64,000 nucleotides of DNA from Candidatus Hydrogenedentota bacterium (GTDB lineage Bacteria > Hydrogenedentota > Hydrogenedentia > Hydrogenedentales > SLHB01). Below, in pieces: positions 19,174-28,787 of the stretch. The first letter of the stretch is position 1. The number at the start of each line of letters is the position of its first letter. A program made the position numbers and the translations under genes. The notes beneath the pieces are model-generated. The model made no database searches and was not told where the DNA came from. It saw nothing but the letters and a program-made list of their open reading frames with translations. The stretch spans positions 384,001-448,000 of the forward strand of contig CAVUWV010000008.1 in the NCBI GenBank assembly GCA_963745075.1. Reading direction: 5' to 3'.

Positions 19174-19851
19174 TTAGACGTAGTCCCGGAAGCGGGCCAA
19201 TAAGGGCCGCAGCGCCCGCTCCGCCCGGACCACGCGCGATTTCACCGTGCCCACCGGTGAATCCGTGACCTGGGCGATTTCTTCATAGGAAAGGTCTTGG
19301 AACCGCCGCAACACAAACGCTTCACGCTGATGTTCCGGGAGTTCCTTGAGCGCCGTGTTCACCGCCTCCGAAATCTCGCCCCGCTTAAACGACATCACCA
19401 CGTCGGCACTCTCGTCGCCCACGTGCTCCAGCGGGTCGAACTCGTCTTCCGGGTTTCTGCGCCAACTCCACCCCGAAGACAAGCTCAGGAATTTCGGACG
19501 CCGCTTACGCCGCACCCATTCCTTCGATACAATATTCGATGCAATTGTATACAGATAGGTCGTGAACTTTGCCGTCGGCTGATACCGCTGAGCGTTGCGG
19601 ACCAATGCCACAAACACCTCCTGCGTCAGCTCCTCGGCAATATGCCGGTTTTGCACCATCCGGAATATGTAGTTCAGCACACCTTTCTGATGTCGACGTA
19701 CCAATTCGGCGAATGCGTCTTCCGAGCCCTTGCCATGCTCCAGCATGAGCGCCTCGTCCGACCATTCCTTGAGGGGAAGCCCTTCCGGTCCCAGCACCCG
19801 AAGTCGCTGCTTCCCGGGAAATGGAGTAACTTGTCCGAGTCCTTCCGCCAT
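19174..19851 (-). CDS. ECF RNA polymerase sigma factor
   Basis: AFAELVRRHQ, AEELTQEVF, FTTYLYTIA, LSYEEIA...GTVKSRV; RBS AGGGGAG. Confidence 0.93.
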   Translation of the reverse strand: MAEGLGQVTPFPGKQRLRVLGPEGLPLKEWSDEALMLEHGKGSEDAFAELVRRHQKGVLNYIFRMVQNRHIAEELTQEVFVALVRNAQRYQPTAKFTTYLYTIASNIVSKEWVRRKRRPKFLSLSSGWSWRRNPEDEFDPLEHVGDESADVVMSFKRGEISEAVNTALKELPEHQREAFVLRRFQDLSYEEIAQVTDSPVGTVKSRVVRAERALRPLLARFRDYV

Positions 19852-20065
19852 GGCTCCCCTGCTTTCGCCGTGTAACTCATCGAACTGCATACTTCTATAC
19901 CTTACGCTACGAGAAAGTTCCCCAATGGACCTACCGCTTTCAGACGAGACCTTACCCGCTTCGCTTCAAACATACAGTATAACAAAGTTGAAAAAATTCA
20001 ACCATTCTTCTCTTTGTTAATAGTTAATAGGGCTCCTTTGTCGTAAGTCATTATATATAAAATAC

Positions 20066-21111
20066 TTACTCTGAAATCGCCTTTGCGTTCCGTACGTGCG
20101 CGATCGCGTCTTCGTACGAAATGATCCCCTGCATGTACAACTCCTTGACGCTGCGATCCATCGTCACCATGCCTTCCTTGGTGTTCGTCTCCATAATGCT
20201 GTACACCTGATGCGTCTTGCCCTCGCGGATCAAATTCGCCACCGCCGTGTTGTTGATGAGCAGTTCGCACGCCATGATCCGCCCTTCCTCGTCGACCCTT
20301 GGCAACAGCCGCTGCGACATCACCGCCAGCAGCGTCATGCTCAGCATGAAGCGAATCTGCTGCTGCTGCGCCCCCGGGAACACGTCGATGACCCGGTCTA
20401 CCGACTGGATCGCATCATTCGTGTGGAGCGTGGCCAGCACCAGGTGCCCCGTCTCCGCCGCGCGCAAAGCCGCCTGGATCGTCTCCAGATCCCGCATCTC
20501 GCCGATCAGAATCACGTCCGGATCCTGCCGCAGTACATATTTCAGCGCGTTGATGAAGTCCGTCCGTATCCTGCCCGACCTCGCGCTGGTCCACAATGCT
20601 CTTCTTGTGGGTGTGAACGAATTCGATGGGATCCTCGACCGTAATCACGTGGCATTCCCGCGTATTGTTGACCCGGTCGATGATCGAGGCCTGCGTCGTC
20701 GTTTTCCCGTGTCCGGTCGGCCCTGTTACCAGAACCAATCCCTGTTTAGCCTGCGCAAACTTGGACACGACATCCGGCAAACCCAGATCTTCAAGCTGCG
20801 GAATCTCCTCCGGAATCGGGCGAAACGCCGCCGTCACCGCCTGTTTCTGCAAGTACACATTGACACGAAACCGGTGCTTGCGCCCCACCGCCAGCGAGAA
20901 ATCGAGCTCTTTATTCGCTTCAAAGTGCTTCTTCTGCTCCGCAGTCAGCACCGCGTAGATCATCTTCTTCGTTTGTTCCGGAGGTCAGCGAGTCGCCACG
21001 CGTGCGGAAGAGTTTGCCATTCTTGCGGAGGACCGGAGGTGCACCCGCGCTGATCAGCAGATCAGATGCATTTTCCTTGGTCACTAAATCGAAGAGTTGC
21101 TTCAGTTCCAT
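20066..21111 (-). CDS. pilT: PilT/PilU type IV pilus retraction ATPase (frameshifts near 20980 and 20560)
   Basis: ASDLLISAG, GPTGHGKTTT, TVEDPIE, LRQDPDVILIGEMRD, AETGHLVLATLHT spread over three frames. Confidence 0.88.
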
Positions 21112-21234
21112 CTCGGTCCTTTCCCGTCGCGCTGCGGAAGATTCTCCAAAACCACCCAATCCCACGTCATCATACCCCAAGCGATGACTCCGCGCAATAG
21201 GGGTGACCACAACCTGTTGTGGTTTGGCAGGAGG

Positions 21235-22107
21235 TCAGTGGATATAGACGACTTCTTCCTCGAGCGTGACCCCAATCGCTCGAAAACCGTCCGCTTGCAT
21301 AAGTCGATGAGCCAGAGGATGTCCGCGCACGTCGCATTGTCCTCATTCATGATGAAATTCGCGTGCAGCGGACTGATGATCGCCCCACCCCGGCGGGTCC
21401 CCTTCAGATCGCAGGACTCGATCAGACCGGCCCGAATGGTCCCCCTCGGGATTCTTGAAAACGCTCCCGCAACACTTGCCCTGCGGCTGCTTCTCCTTGC
21501 GGCGCTGAATGTAGCGGTCGTAGATGGCTTGCTGGTCTTCAGCCGCCCGGCTGAACCGGAACGTGCCCCCTAGAATCAGCGAGCCCCGCGGACAGAACGT
21601 CTGACCCCGGTAGCTGTACAGCGATTCGTCCATCGGAATGCAACGCAGACCCTCCGGCGTCGCCACGTCCACCGACTCCATCAACATGCACGTCGAACCC
21701 TTGTTCGTCCCCGCATTCATATAGATCGCGCCGCCCACCGTGCCCGGAATTCCCGTCAACCCGCCAACGAGGTCGTAGTTGTTCGCCAGCATCACTTCCC
21801 GGACCATCCGGTCCAGCACCACCCCCGCCAGCACGTGGTACCGGTCATCGCCCAGCGCCTCGATGCCGTCCAGCTTCGTCGTGACATAAACGATCCCGTC
21901 GAATCCTTTGTCATCGATCAACACGTTCGACCCGCCGCCCAGCACGATATGCCGATCCGGCTGTTGCGCCATCCACCGGTACGCTTCGCTCGCCTCATCC
22001 AACGTTCGCGGCAACAACGCCACCCGCGCCGGACCCCCCACCTGATACAACGTCAATGGCGCCAGCGGATACTTCTCCATCGCAAATTCAAACGGCAATG
22101 TTTCCAT
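21235..22107 (-). CDS. murB: UDP-N-acetylmuramate dehydrogenase (frameshifts near 21420 and 21285)
   Basis: VGGPA, LGGGSNVL, GIPGTVGGAIYMNAG, GSVFKNP; C-terminus GVTLEEEVVYIH* in another frame. Confidence 0.9.
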
Positions 22108-22269
22108 GCAGAGAGGATACAGGAAGAACGACAAGAGTTCCCAACGCCAAACAGATCCTCCCTCCCTCTCGTGCTCGTACTCGTAATCGTACTCGTAATC
22201 GCTCGCCCCCCTTGCGCCATCGGACGCCATCGCGTACGGTTTACCATCAGAAAACGGGGGAGACGCCGC

Positions 22270-23320
22270 ATGCCGAACGAAACCATGACGCCACGCGAAC
22301 GCTGGCGGGCCGTCCTCGATCGCAAACCACCCGACCGCGTGCCCATGGACATCTGGGCCACCGACGAAGCCTGGACCCGCCTCTGCGCCCACCTCGACTG
22401 CGACCGCGCGGAAGTCTGCCGCCGGCTCCACATCGATCTCCCCGTGACGCTTGAACCCACCTACACCGGACCGCCCCTGACCGACGGCCGCGATATGTGG
22501 GGCATGACCTACCGCGACGTCGACTACGGCACCGGCGTCTACGCGGAATGCGCGTCCCACCCCCTGGCCGACTTCACCAGCGTCGACGAAATCGACGCGA
22601 ACTACACCTGGCCCACGGCGGACTGGTTCGACTTCTCCCAACTGCCCGCCATCGTCGAGGCCAACCGCGACCGGCCCATTCGCGGCGGCGGCTCCGAGCC
22701 TTTCCTCGACTACAAAAATCTGCGCGGCGAAATCCAGGCCTTCACCGACCTCCTCGTCAACCCCGACATCGTCCACTACTGCCTCGACAAGATGTTCGAC
22801 GTTCGCCTACGAGATGACGCGCCGCATCTTCGAGACCGTCCCCGGCGCGGTGATGATCACCTACGTCGCCGAAGACCTCGGCGGACAGGACAACCTCATG
22901 TATTCGCCGGACCAGATCCGCGAGTTCTTCCTGCCCGGCATGAAACGCATGATGGACCTCACCCGCGAACACGGTTCCTACGTCTTCCACCACACCGACG
23001 GCGCCGTCCGCGAAATCCTGCCCGACCTCATCGACGCCGGTATCCAGGTCCTCAACCCCATCCAATGGCGCTGCCGCGGCATGGACCGCGAAGGCCTCAA
23101 ACGCGACTTCGGCGACCGCCTCATCTTCCACGGCGCCGTCGACAACCAGCACACCCTCCCCTTCGGCACGCCCGACGACGTCCGCAACGAAGTCCGCGAC
23201 AACCTCCGCATCCTCGGCCACCACGGCGGCTACATCCTCGCCCCCTGCCACAACATCCAGGCCGTCACGCCGCCGGAAAACATCATCGCCATGTACGAAA
23301 CGGGGTATGAAGAGGGCTAA
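22270..23320 (+). CDS. Uroporphyrinogen decarboxylase (URO-D/CIMS-like) family protein (frameshift near 22805)
   Basis: MTPRERW...KPPDRVP, EDLGGQ, HTDG, LNPIQ, GTPDDVRNEV, GGYILAPCHNIQ. Confidence 0.85.
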
Positions 23321-23323
23321 ACC

Positions 23324-23386
23324 GGAGCCTTTTCTGAAGAAAAGGCTCCCCAGACCCCTTCCAAAAGACTCTTGGTGGCTTGCTTC
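23324..23386 (+). repeat. 63-nt dispersed hairpin repeat, copy 1
   Basis: GGAGCCTTTTCTGAAGAAAAGGCTCCCCAGACCCCTTCCAAAAGACTCTTGGTGGCTTGCTTC; near-identical to 25592-25655. Confidence 0.85.
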
Positions 23387-23409
23387 CAAGAGCGTGGGCA
23401 TGACGATGC

Positions 23410-24565
23410 CTAATGCGTGAGGTCGATGTCCACCATCGATGTCTTGACCGAAACCGACACCTTCTAACCGTACCTCCTCCGCCAAGACTTCCGACTCCCC
23501 CGCCGGGACGTTCGCAAACGCGTAATGCCCCGCATCATCCGTGTGGACCGACTGCCACGTGAACCCTTCACTCCGCAGCAGCACCAGCACGTTTGCCGCG
23601 GTCCCCGTCGCGGGTGACCGTGCCTTCCACGCGGCCACCCGGCGTCAACACGATTCGCGCGACCGCTCCGCCCGCCTTCTTCGTCTTGACCGTGGCGACG
23701 CCCGGCGCGTACCCGGAATGGTATGCGACGATCGACGGCGTCTCGTCCGGTGACGTCTCCACTTCGAACGATCCGTCCGCATCCGTTTCCGCGACTGCGT
23801 AATCCTCGTGATTGCCGCCCGCCGGCGTCATCGCGTCCAACACAATCTTCGCACCCGCGACCGGCTTCCCGTCCCCGTCGACGACCGTCCCCTTGATCAC
23901 CAGCGACCGCACCAGCGGCACCACCATCCCGCCGATTTGCGCGCCGACCTGGTCGTTCGCGAACCGCACCAGAAACGGCTGATACCCCGGCGCGCGAAAC
24001 ACCACCGCCGGTAGCCGCGACTTGTAGACCGGAATCGTGAACCGCCCCTTCGCATCCTCCACGCGCGTCACCGGTCGGTTCGGCGTCCGTCTTCACACCT
24101 CCAACCCGAAACGCCTCCGTGTCCCAGACCTCCGCACAGTCAAACGCCGGTAACGGCCGCCCCGACTCACGGTCTACGACTACCCCCTCGATGGTCACCC
24201 GTTCCGTCATGATTGACGTGACCCCTTCCCACTTGTGCTCCATCCGCGTCGACGCCGTCACGCTGTACTAAGGTCTTCCGCCACCACCGAATACACCCCA
24301 ATCGCGGTGTTCTCATACGCGTACGCCCCGTCCGCATTCGCCGTAACGTGGTTGATCCCCTCCGGCCCGAACACCAACACCGCCGCCCCCGGCACCGGCC
24401 GCTGCTTCCCATCCAACACCTCCCCGCAATCGACACCTGCGTCCGCCCCGCAAACTGCGCCAGCGCGTCCTCCAACCCCGCCGGTTCCGCCGCATCCGAC
24501 ACGGCACACCACCCCACCGCGGCCATCACCGCAACGATCCCTATCCAACATCGCACCAAGTTCAT
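23410..24565 (-). CDS. Secreted carboxypeptidase-regulatory-like (transthyretin-fold) domain protein, fragmented over several frames; 3' end uncertain
   Basis: Signal peptide MNLVRCWIGIVAVMAAVG; G.VLD..QRPVPGA.V, IEGVVVDRESGRPL, IKGTVVDGDGKPVAGAKI, TDADGSF and TDDAGHYAF pieces in different frames. Confidence 0.6.
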
Positions 24566-24602
24566 CGTCCACCACCCATACCAAGATCTTATCACGCCGC
24601 TC

Positions 24603-24625
24603 TGTAGCGCAGGCGTCCCGCCTGC
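24603..24625 (+). repeat. GTAG-headed REP-like palindrome
   Basis: TGTAGC GCAGGCG TCC CGCCTGC. Confidence 0.5.
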
Positions 24626-24743
24626 ATCTTCGCAGGTCTTCATACTACTCCGTCCCGGCAATCTCTGGTCCGCTTGCACCGTCTCTGCTAAACTCAATCG
24701 CGTCGTGCCTCTTCCAACGAAGCACTACACAAGGGGAGCAACC

Positions 24744-25577
24744 ATGATCCGGCTTGGCGCGCCCGTTTTTGGGCGGTTTGAAGATCCGCGCGACTTGGCG
24801 CGGCGGCACCGGCAACTGGGGTACCGTGCCGCGTACGCGCCGGAGATCGATATCGCCGACGAAGAACTCGTCCAAGCCGTGCGCGACGCCTATGCCGCGG
24901 AAGACGTGGTGCTCGCCGAGGTCGGCGCGTGGTGCAACATGCTCGCCGTCGATTCCGCGCAACGCAAGGCGAACCTCGACCACGTCTGCAAATCCCTCGC
25001 CCTCGCCGACGCCCTCGGCGCACGGTGTTGCGTGAACTACCTCGGCACCCGCGATCCCGATTCCGACTACGGTCCCCATCCCGCGAACCTCACAAACCAA
25101 ACCTTCGACCTCGCCGTCGAGACCATTCGGTTCGTCATCGACACCGTCAAACCCTGGTCCGCCCGGTTCTGCCTGGAAATGATGCAGTGGGTCCTGCCCG
25201 ACAGCGCCGCCGCGTACCGCCAACTCATCGACGCCGTAAACCGTCCCGCCTTCGGCGCGCACCTCGATCCCGTGAACATCATCGTGTCGCCGCGCATGTA
25301 TTTCGACACCGGCGCCGTCATCCGGGATTGCTTTCACCAGTTGGGACCGTGGATCGTGTCGTGCCACGCCAAGGACATCGTGTTACACGGCGACCTCGCC
25401 CTGCATCTCGACGAAGTCCGCCCCGGCCTCGGCAACCTCGATTACGCCGCGTACCTCACCGAACTCGCCCGCATGGACGGACCCGCCCCCCTCATGCTCG
25501 AACACCTCGACACCGAAGAAGACTACTGCCTCGCCCGCGACTACATCTTCTCCGTCGCCGCCGGGTTGGAGTTGTAG
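24744..25577 (+). CDS. Sugar phosphate isomerase/epimerase (xylose isomerase-like TIM barrel)
   Basis: Metal-ligand pattern FCLEM, HLDPVN, CHAKD, PGLGNLDY, LMLEH; RBS AGGGGAG. Confidence 0.85.
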   Translation: MIRLGAPVFGRFEDPRDLARRHRQLGYRAAYAPEIDIADEELVQAVRDAYAAEDVVLAEVGAWCNMLAVDSAQRKANLDHVCKSLALADALGARCCVNYLGTRDPDSDYGPHPANLTNQTFDLAVETIRFVIDTVKPWSARFCLEMMQWVLPDSAAAYRQLIDAVNRPAFGAHLDPVNIIVSPRMYFDTGAVIRDCFHQLGPWIVSCHAKDIVLHGDLALHLDEVRPGLGNLDYAAYLTELARMDGPAPLMLEHLDTEEDYCLARDYIFSVAAGLEL

Positions 25578-25591
25578 ATGGAAGACCGGGG

Positions 25592-25655
25592 GGAACCTTT
25601 TCTGAAGAAAAGGTTCCCCCGGACCCCCTCCAAAAGACTTTTGGTGGCTTGCTTC
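25592..25655 (+). repeat. 63-nt dispersed hairpin repeat, copy 2
   Basis: GGAACCTTTTCTGAAGAAAAGGTTCCCCCGGACCCCCTCCAAAAGACTTTTGGTGGCTTGCTTC. Confidence 0.85.
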
Positions 25656-25814
25656 GCAAGCGGACCGACAATGCCGGCTACTTCTTCACCCCCTTCGCGT
25701 CGAGTGTTCACGGTGAAGCCACGAAGAACAGTCCGGCGAGTGTTCATGAAAATGCGCCAAGATGAAGATTCCATGACGACGCGATTCACGCAAATGCACG
25801 ATGCTTCCTTGTAC

Positions 25815-26190
25815 GCGCTGAAAGCGTGAAACAACCCTAGCCCAGGGCAGAGCGAAGCGGCGCCCTGGGCATGCGGCAACCACCCATCTGCGTAGCCCTG
25901 AAAGGGCGAAACAAGAACTACGCGCCGGCTCCTCCAGAGCTATCATCATTCAAAACAACCAAAAACCAGGGACGTCGCTTCACTTTGCCCCTGGCTAGAA
26001 TTGAGCGGCGCTTTCAGCGCCATGATCAAACGATCTTGATCTTGAATCATAGAACGCGGCATCGCGTTCGCTATACTGGCCCCGGACGGGCCGAAGGAAA
26101 CTAGTCACGCCACCGGCCTGATGAAGCCGAAGGCGTAACCCTGGGTCGACAGGCCACCCCAACTCACACAGCCCCCGAACGGGGGCGCAG
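25815..26190. repeat. Cluster of REP-like short palindromes
   Basis: GCGCTGAAAGCG, GCCCAGGGC..GCCCTGGGC, GCCCTGAAAGGGC, GCGCTTTCAGCGC, GGCCCCGGACGGGCC, GCCCCCGAACGGGGGC. Confidence 0.65.
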
Positions 26191-26206
26191 GAAACCCGCT
26201 TCCCCG

Positions 26207-27179
26207 CTACTTCTTCACCCCCTTCGCGTCAAGCACCTTGCCCCCGGCCCCGATATCGAGCGCCTTGCGCACGGCGAAATAATCCTCCCGCGACAACGTC
26301 TTGCCCAGCGCACCCGCCGCTTCCTCGATCTGGCTCGGCGTCTTGACGCCGCACACGGCCACGTGAATCGCGGGATGCATCAACGTGGCCGCCAGCACCA
26401 ACTGATAGATCGACAACCCGTACTTTTCCGCCAACGGCTGCAACGACTGCACCGCGTCGCAAATCGCTTTGAACCGGTCTCCCTGAAAATCGGGATGATG
26501 CTGCCGGAAATCCGAAAACGCTTCTGTCCCCGTATACTTGCCGGTGAGCAGCCCCTTGTGAAGCGGCGAATAGATCATCACGCCGATGTTCTCCGCCTGG
26601 CAATAGGGGAGGAGGTCCGCCTCGCCCTCCGGCGCGAGCAAACTGTACGCCGGTTGCGCGATGCAATAGTCCGCGAACCGGCGTTGCGCCCGGAACTGTT
26701 CCACGCTGTGATTGCTTACCCCGATGTACCGAATCTTGCCCTCGTCCCGCAGCGCGTTCAGCGTGTCCGCCACGTCCGCCAGCGGCGTGAGTTGGTCGTA
26801 GAAGTGTAATAGCGCCACGTCGACCGTCTCGATGCCCATCCGTTTCAACGACGCCTCGCACCGTTCCCGCAAATATGCCGGCGACAAATCCGGATACCGC
26901 GACGCGTCCGGATTGAAATGATTGAAGAACTTCGTGCAAATCACGATCTCGTCGCGCGGCATCCCCGCAATCGCCTCGCCCAACACCGTCTCCGCGTACC
27001 CGTCGCCGTAGGCGTCCGCCGTGTCGTAAAAGTTGACGCCCCGGTCGAACGCCAGCCGCATCGCGGCAATGGCGTCCTCCTTAGACTGCTCCCCCCAGAA
27101 CCGCGGACTCAACTGCCACGTCCCAAACGCGATTGGGCGAAACCGAAAGCCCGCTGCTGCCAAACGTTACGCGTTCCAT
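26207..27179 (-). CDS. Aldo/keto reductase (frameshift near 27135)
   Basis: MERVTFGSSGLSVS then IAFGTWQ, FYDTADAYGDG, GKIRYIGVSN, YSPLHKGLLTGK; RBS GAAAGGAG. Confidence 0.9.
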
Positions 27180-27235
27180 GATCCCCACACTCCTTTCATC
27201 TTCTGCGATCTGTGCGTCCATCGAGAGTAGCCCCG

Positions 27236-27449
27236 CGATTCCGCGAATGTCTACCCCGCGCCTCTCAATCGTACTTCGTGCTCGCTCTCGTACTCGTACT
27301 CGACAACACCCAAAGTCCTGACCGGTTGAAGAAATGCTGGGCCGGATTAACTGAATCCATTCTTTCACCGCAAGACGATCCGAGTACGAGTACGAAGTAC
27401 GAGAACGAGTACGGAAAGCCGGCGACGATTGCACGAATGTCTACCCCGC
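27236..27449. repeat. Inverted hexamer-array element flanked by 24-nt direct repeats
   Basis: Direct repeat CGATT(C/G)C(G/A)CGAATGTCTACCCCGC at 27236-27259 and 27426-27449; arms at 27269-27305 and 27381-27413. Confidence 0.8.
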
Positions 27450-27511
27450 ACCCCGCCTCCCCACACAAATTTCTTCTTGACAAATAATACTTTGTGTGTC
27501 TAAATAGTGGC

Positions 27512-27856
27512 ATGAAGAACATCCACGGAAACCTCTTGCGCGGCCACCTCGAAGGAATGGTCCTCTCCGTCCTCGAACGGGGCGAAGGCCACGGCTACGA
27601 CATCCTCAAGCGCTTACAGGACTTAGGCCAGGGCGCCCTGACCTTGAAAGAAGGCTCCCTCTACCCGGCCCTCTACCGCATGGAGGAAGCGGGACTCATC
27701 CGCGCGCGGTGGGAAAGCGACACCGCCAAACGCCGAGGTCCTCGCCGCCGGATCTATGCCCTCACGAACAAGGGACGCAAAGAACTGTTGCGCACCCGCG
27801 AGACTTGGCGTGAATTCGCCGGCGTCGTCGGCCGCATCATGGAGGAACCCACATGA
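27512..27856 (+). CDS. PadR family transcriptional regulator
   Basis: LLRGHLE, HGYDI, LKEGSLYPALYRME, RRIYALTNKG. Confidence 0.93.
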   Translation: MKNIHGNLLRGHLEGMVLSVLERGEGHGYDILKRLQDLGQGALTLKEGSLYPALYRMEEAGLIRARWESDTAKRRGPRRRIYALTNKGRKELLRTRETWREFAGVVGRIMEEPT

Positions 27857-28677
27857 AAGCCTTGCGCATCCACGTCGAACGCATCGTGCGACCCATCCGC
27901 GGAAGCGTGCCGCGCAAAAACAAAATGCGCGAAGAACTCCTGGCCCATCTGACGGCGGCATACGACGACGAGCGCCCCAACGCGAACACAGAAAAGGATG
28001 CCATCGAGCGTGCCAAGCAACGACTCGGCGATCCCCAGGCGCTTCGCGCTGAACTCCAGTCCGCCGTCCCCTGGTACGAGCGGCTCGGGCATACGCGAAT
28101 CCCGATGCGCATGCAGATCTTTGACTACGAACGCTGCACCACCTACGGCTGGCGCGCATCGGCCCGGTTCGCCACGGAGATCATCATTTGTCTCGTCGTC
28201 AGTTCCCCGGTCCTTTTCGCCCTCGGACGTCACGTGTCCCACAACGGGTTACATCGCCCCGTTGCGGCGGCCCACGCGTGCAGCCCGCTGACCATCGCCG
28301 GTTTCTTGGCGTGCCTGTGGGTTTCCCTGTTTGTGACGTTCTGGCTCGGTGATTCAATCGGCGTGCGGAAACGTCTCGCACCATGGAGCAAGACCCCCGC
28401 TCTCATCAAAGCGACGCTGGCCACCCTGAACTGGATGGTCGCCATCGTGTTGTTTTTGACGTTGGCAACCAGATTCGGCGACTTGGTCCAACCACCCAGT
28501 GGTCCGGACAGTACTGCGACAATTCTGCTTGCCGCGTTCTCCGCAATTCCCTACGCACCCTGGATGGGACTGATATTCGTTGTCGGATTGATTCTCTTCA
28601 CAGCGGTCACCATGAATTTCGAACGCCGCCAGTACGAGAATTGGGCCAGCCTCGATATCGAAGCCGACCCCGAATGA
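27853..28677 (+). CDS. PadR-associated membrane protein with N-terminal permease-prefix/HAAS-like domain
   Basis: REELLAHL...AIERA..RLGDP..L motif, then about 4 hydrophobic segments; ATGA overlap with padR. Confidence 0.7.
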   Translation: MKALRIHVERIVRPIRGSVPRKNKMREELLAHLTAAYDDERPNANTEKDAIERAKQRLGDPQALRAELQSAVPWYERLGHTRIPMRMQIFDYERCTTYGWRASARFATEIIICLVVSSPVLFALGRHVSHNGLHRPVAAAHACSPLTIAGFLACLWVSLFVTFWLGDSIGVRKRLAPWSKTPALIKATLATLNWMVAIVLFLTLATRFGDLVQPPSGPDSTATILLAAFSAIPYAPWMGLIFVVGLILFTAVTMNFERRQYENWASLDIEADPE

Positions 28678-28710
28678 CCCAACCGGCTACCGACGTGCAC
28701 ACAGTTTGAT

Positions 28711-28787
28711 CCGTGTCCGTCCGTGTCCGTCCGTGTCCGTCCGTGTAGGTCCGTGTAGGTCCGTGTTCGTCCCTGCCCGTCCGTGTC
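28711..28787. repeat. 10-mer tandem repeat (CCGTGTCCGT)n
   Basis: 3 exact units, 2 CCGTGTAGGT, then degenerate units, between convergent genes. Confidence 0.9.

Noticed and set aside
20043..20070. dif site
   Set aside because: Similar length but lacks the XerD arm TTATGTTAAAT and the 11-6-11 layout
23324..25655. CRISPR array or composite transposon
   Set aside because: Only two copies 2.2 kb apart, no regular spacers, no cas or transposase gene
28711..28787. CRISPR-like repeat
   Set aside because: Contiguous 10-mers with no spacers
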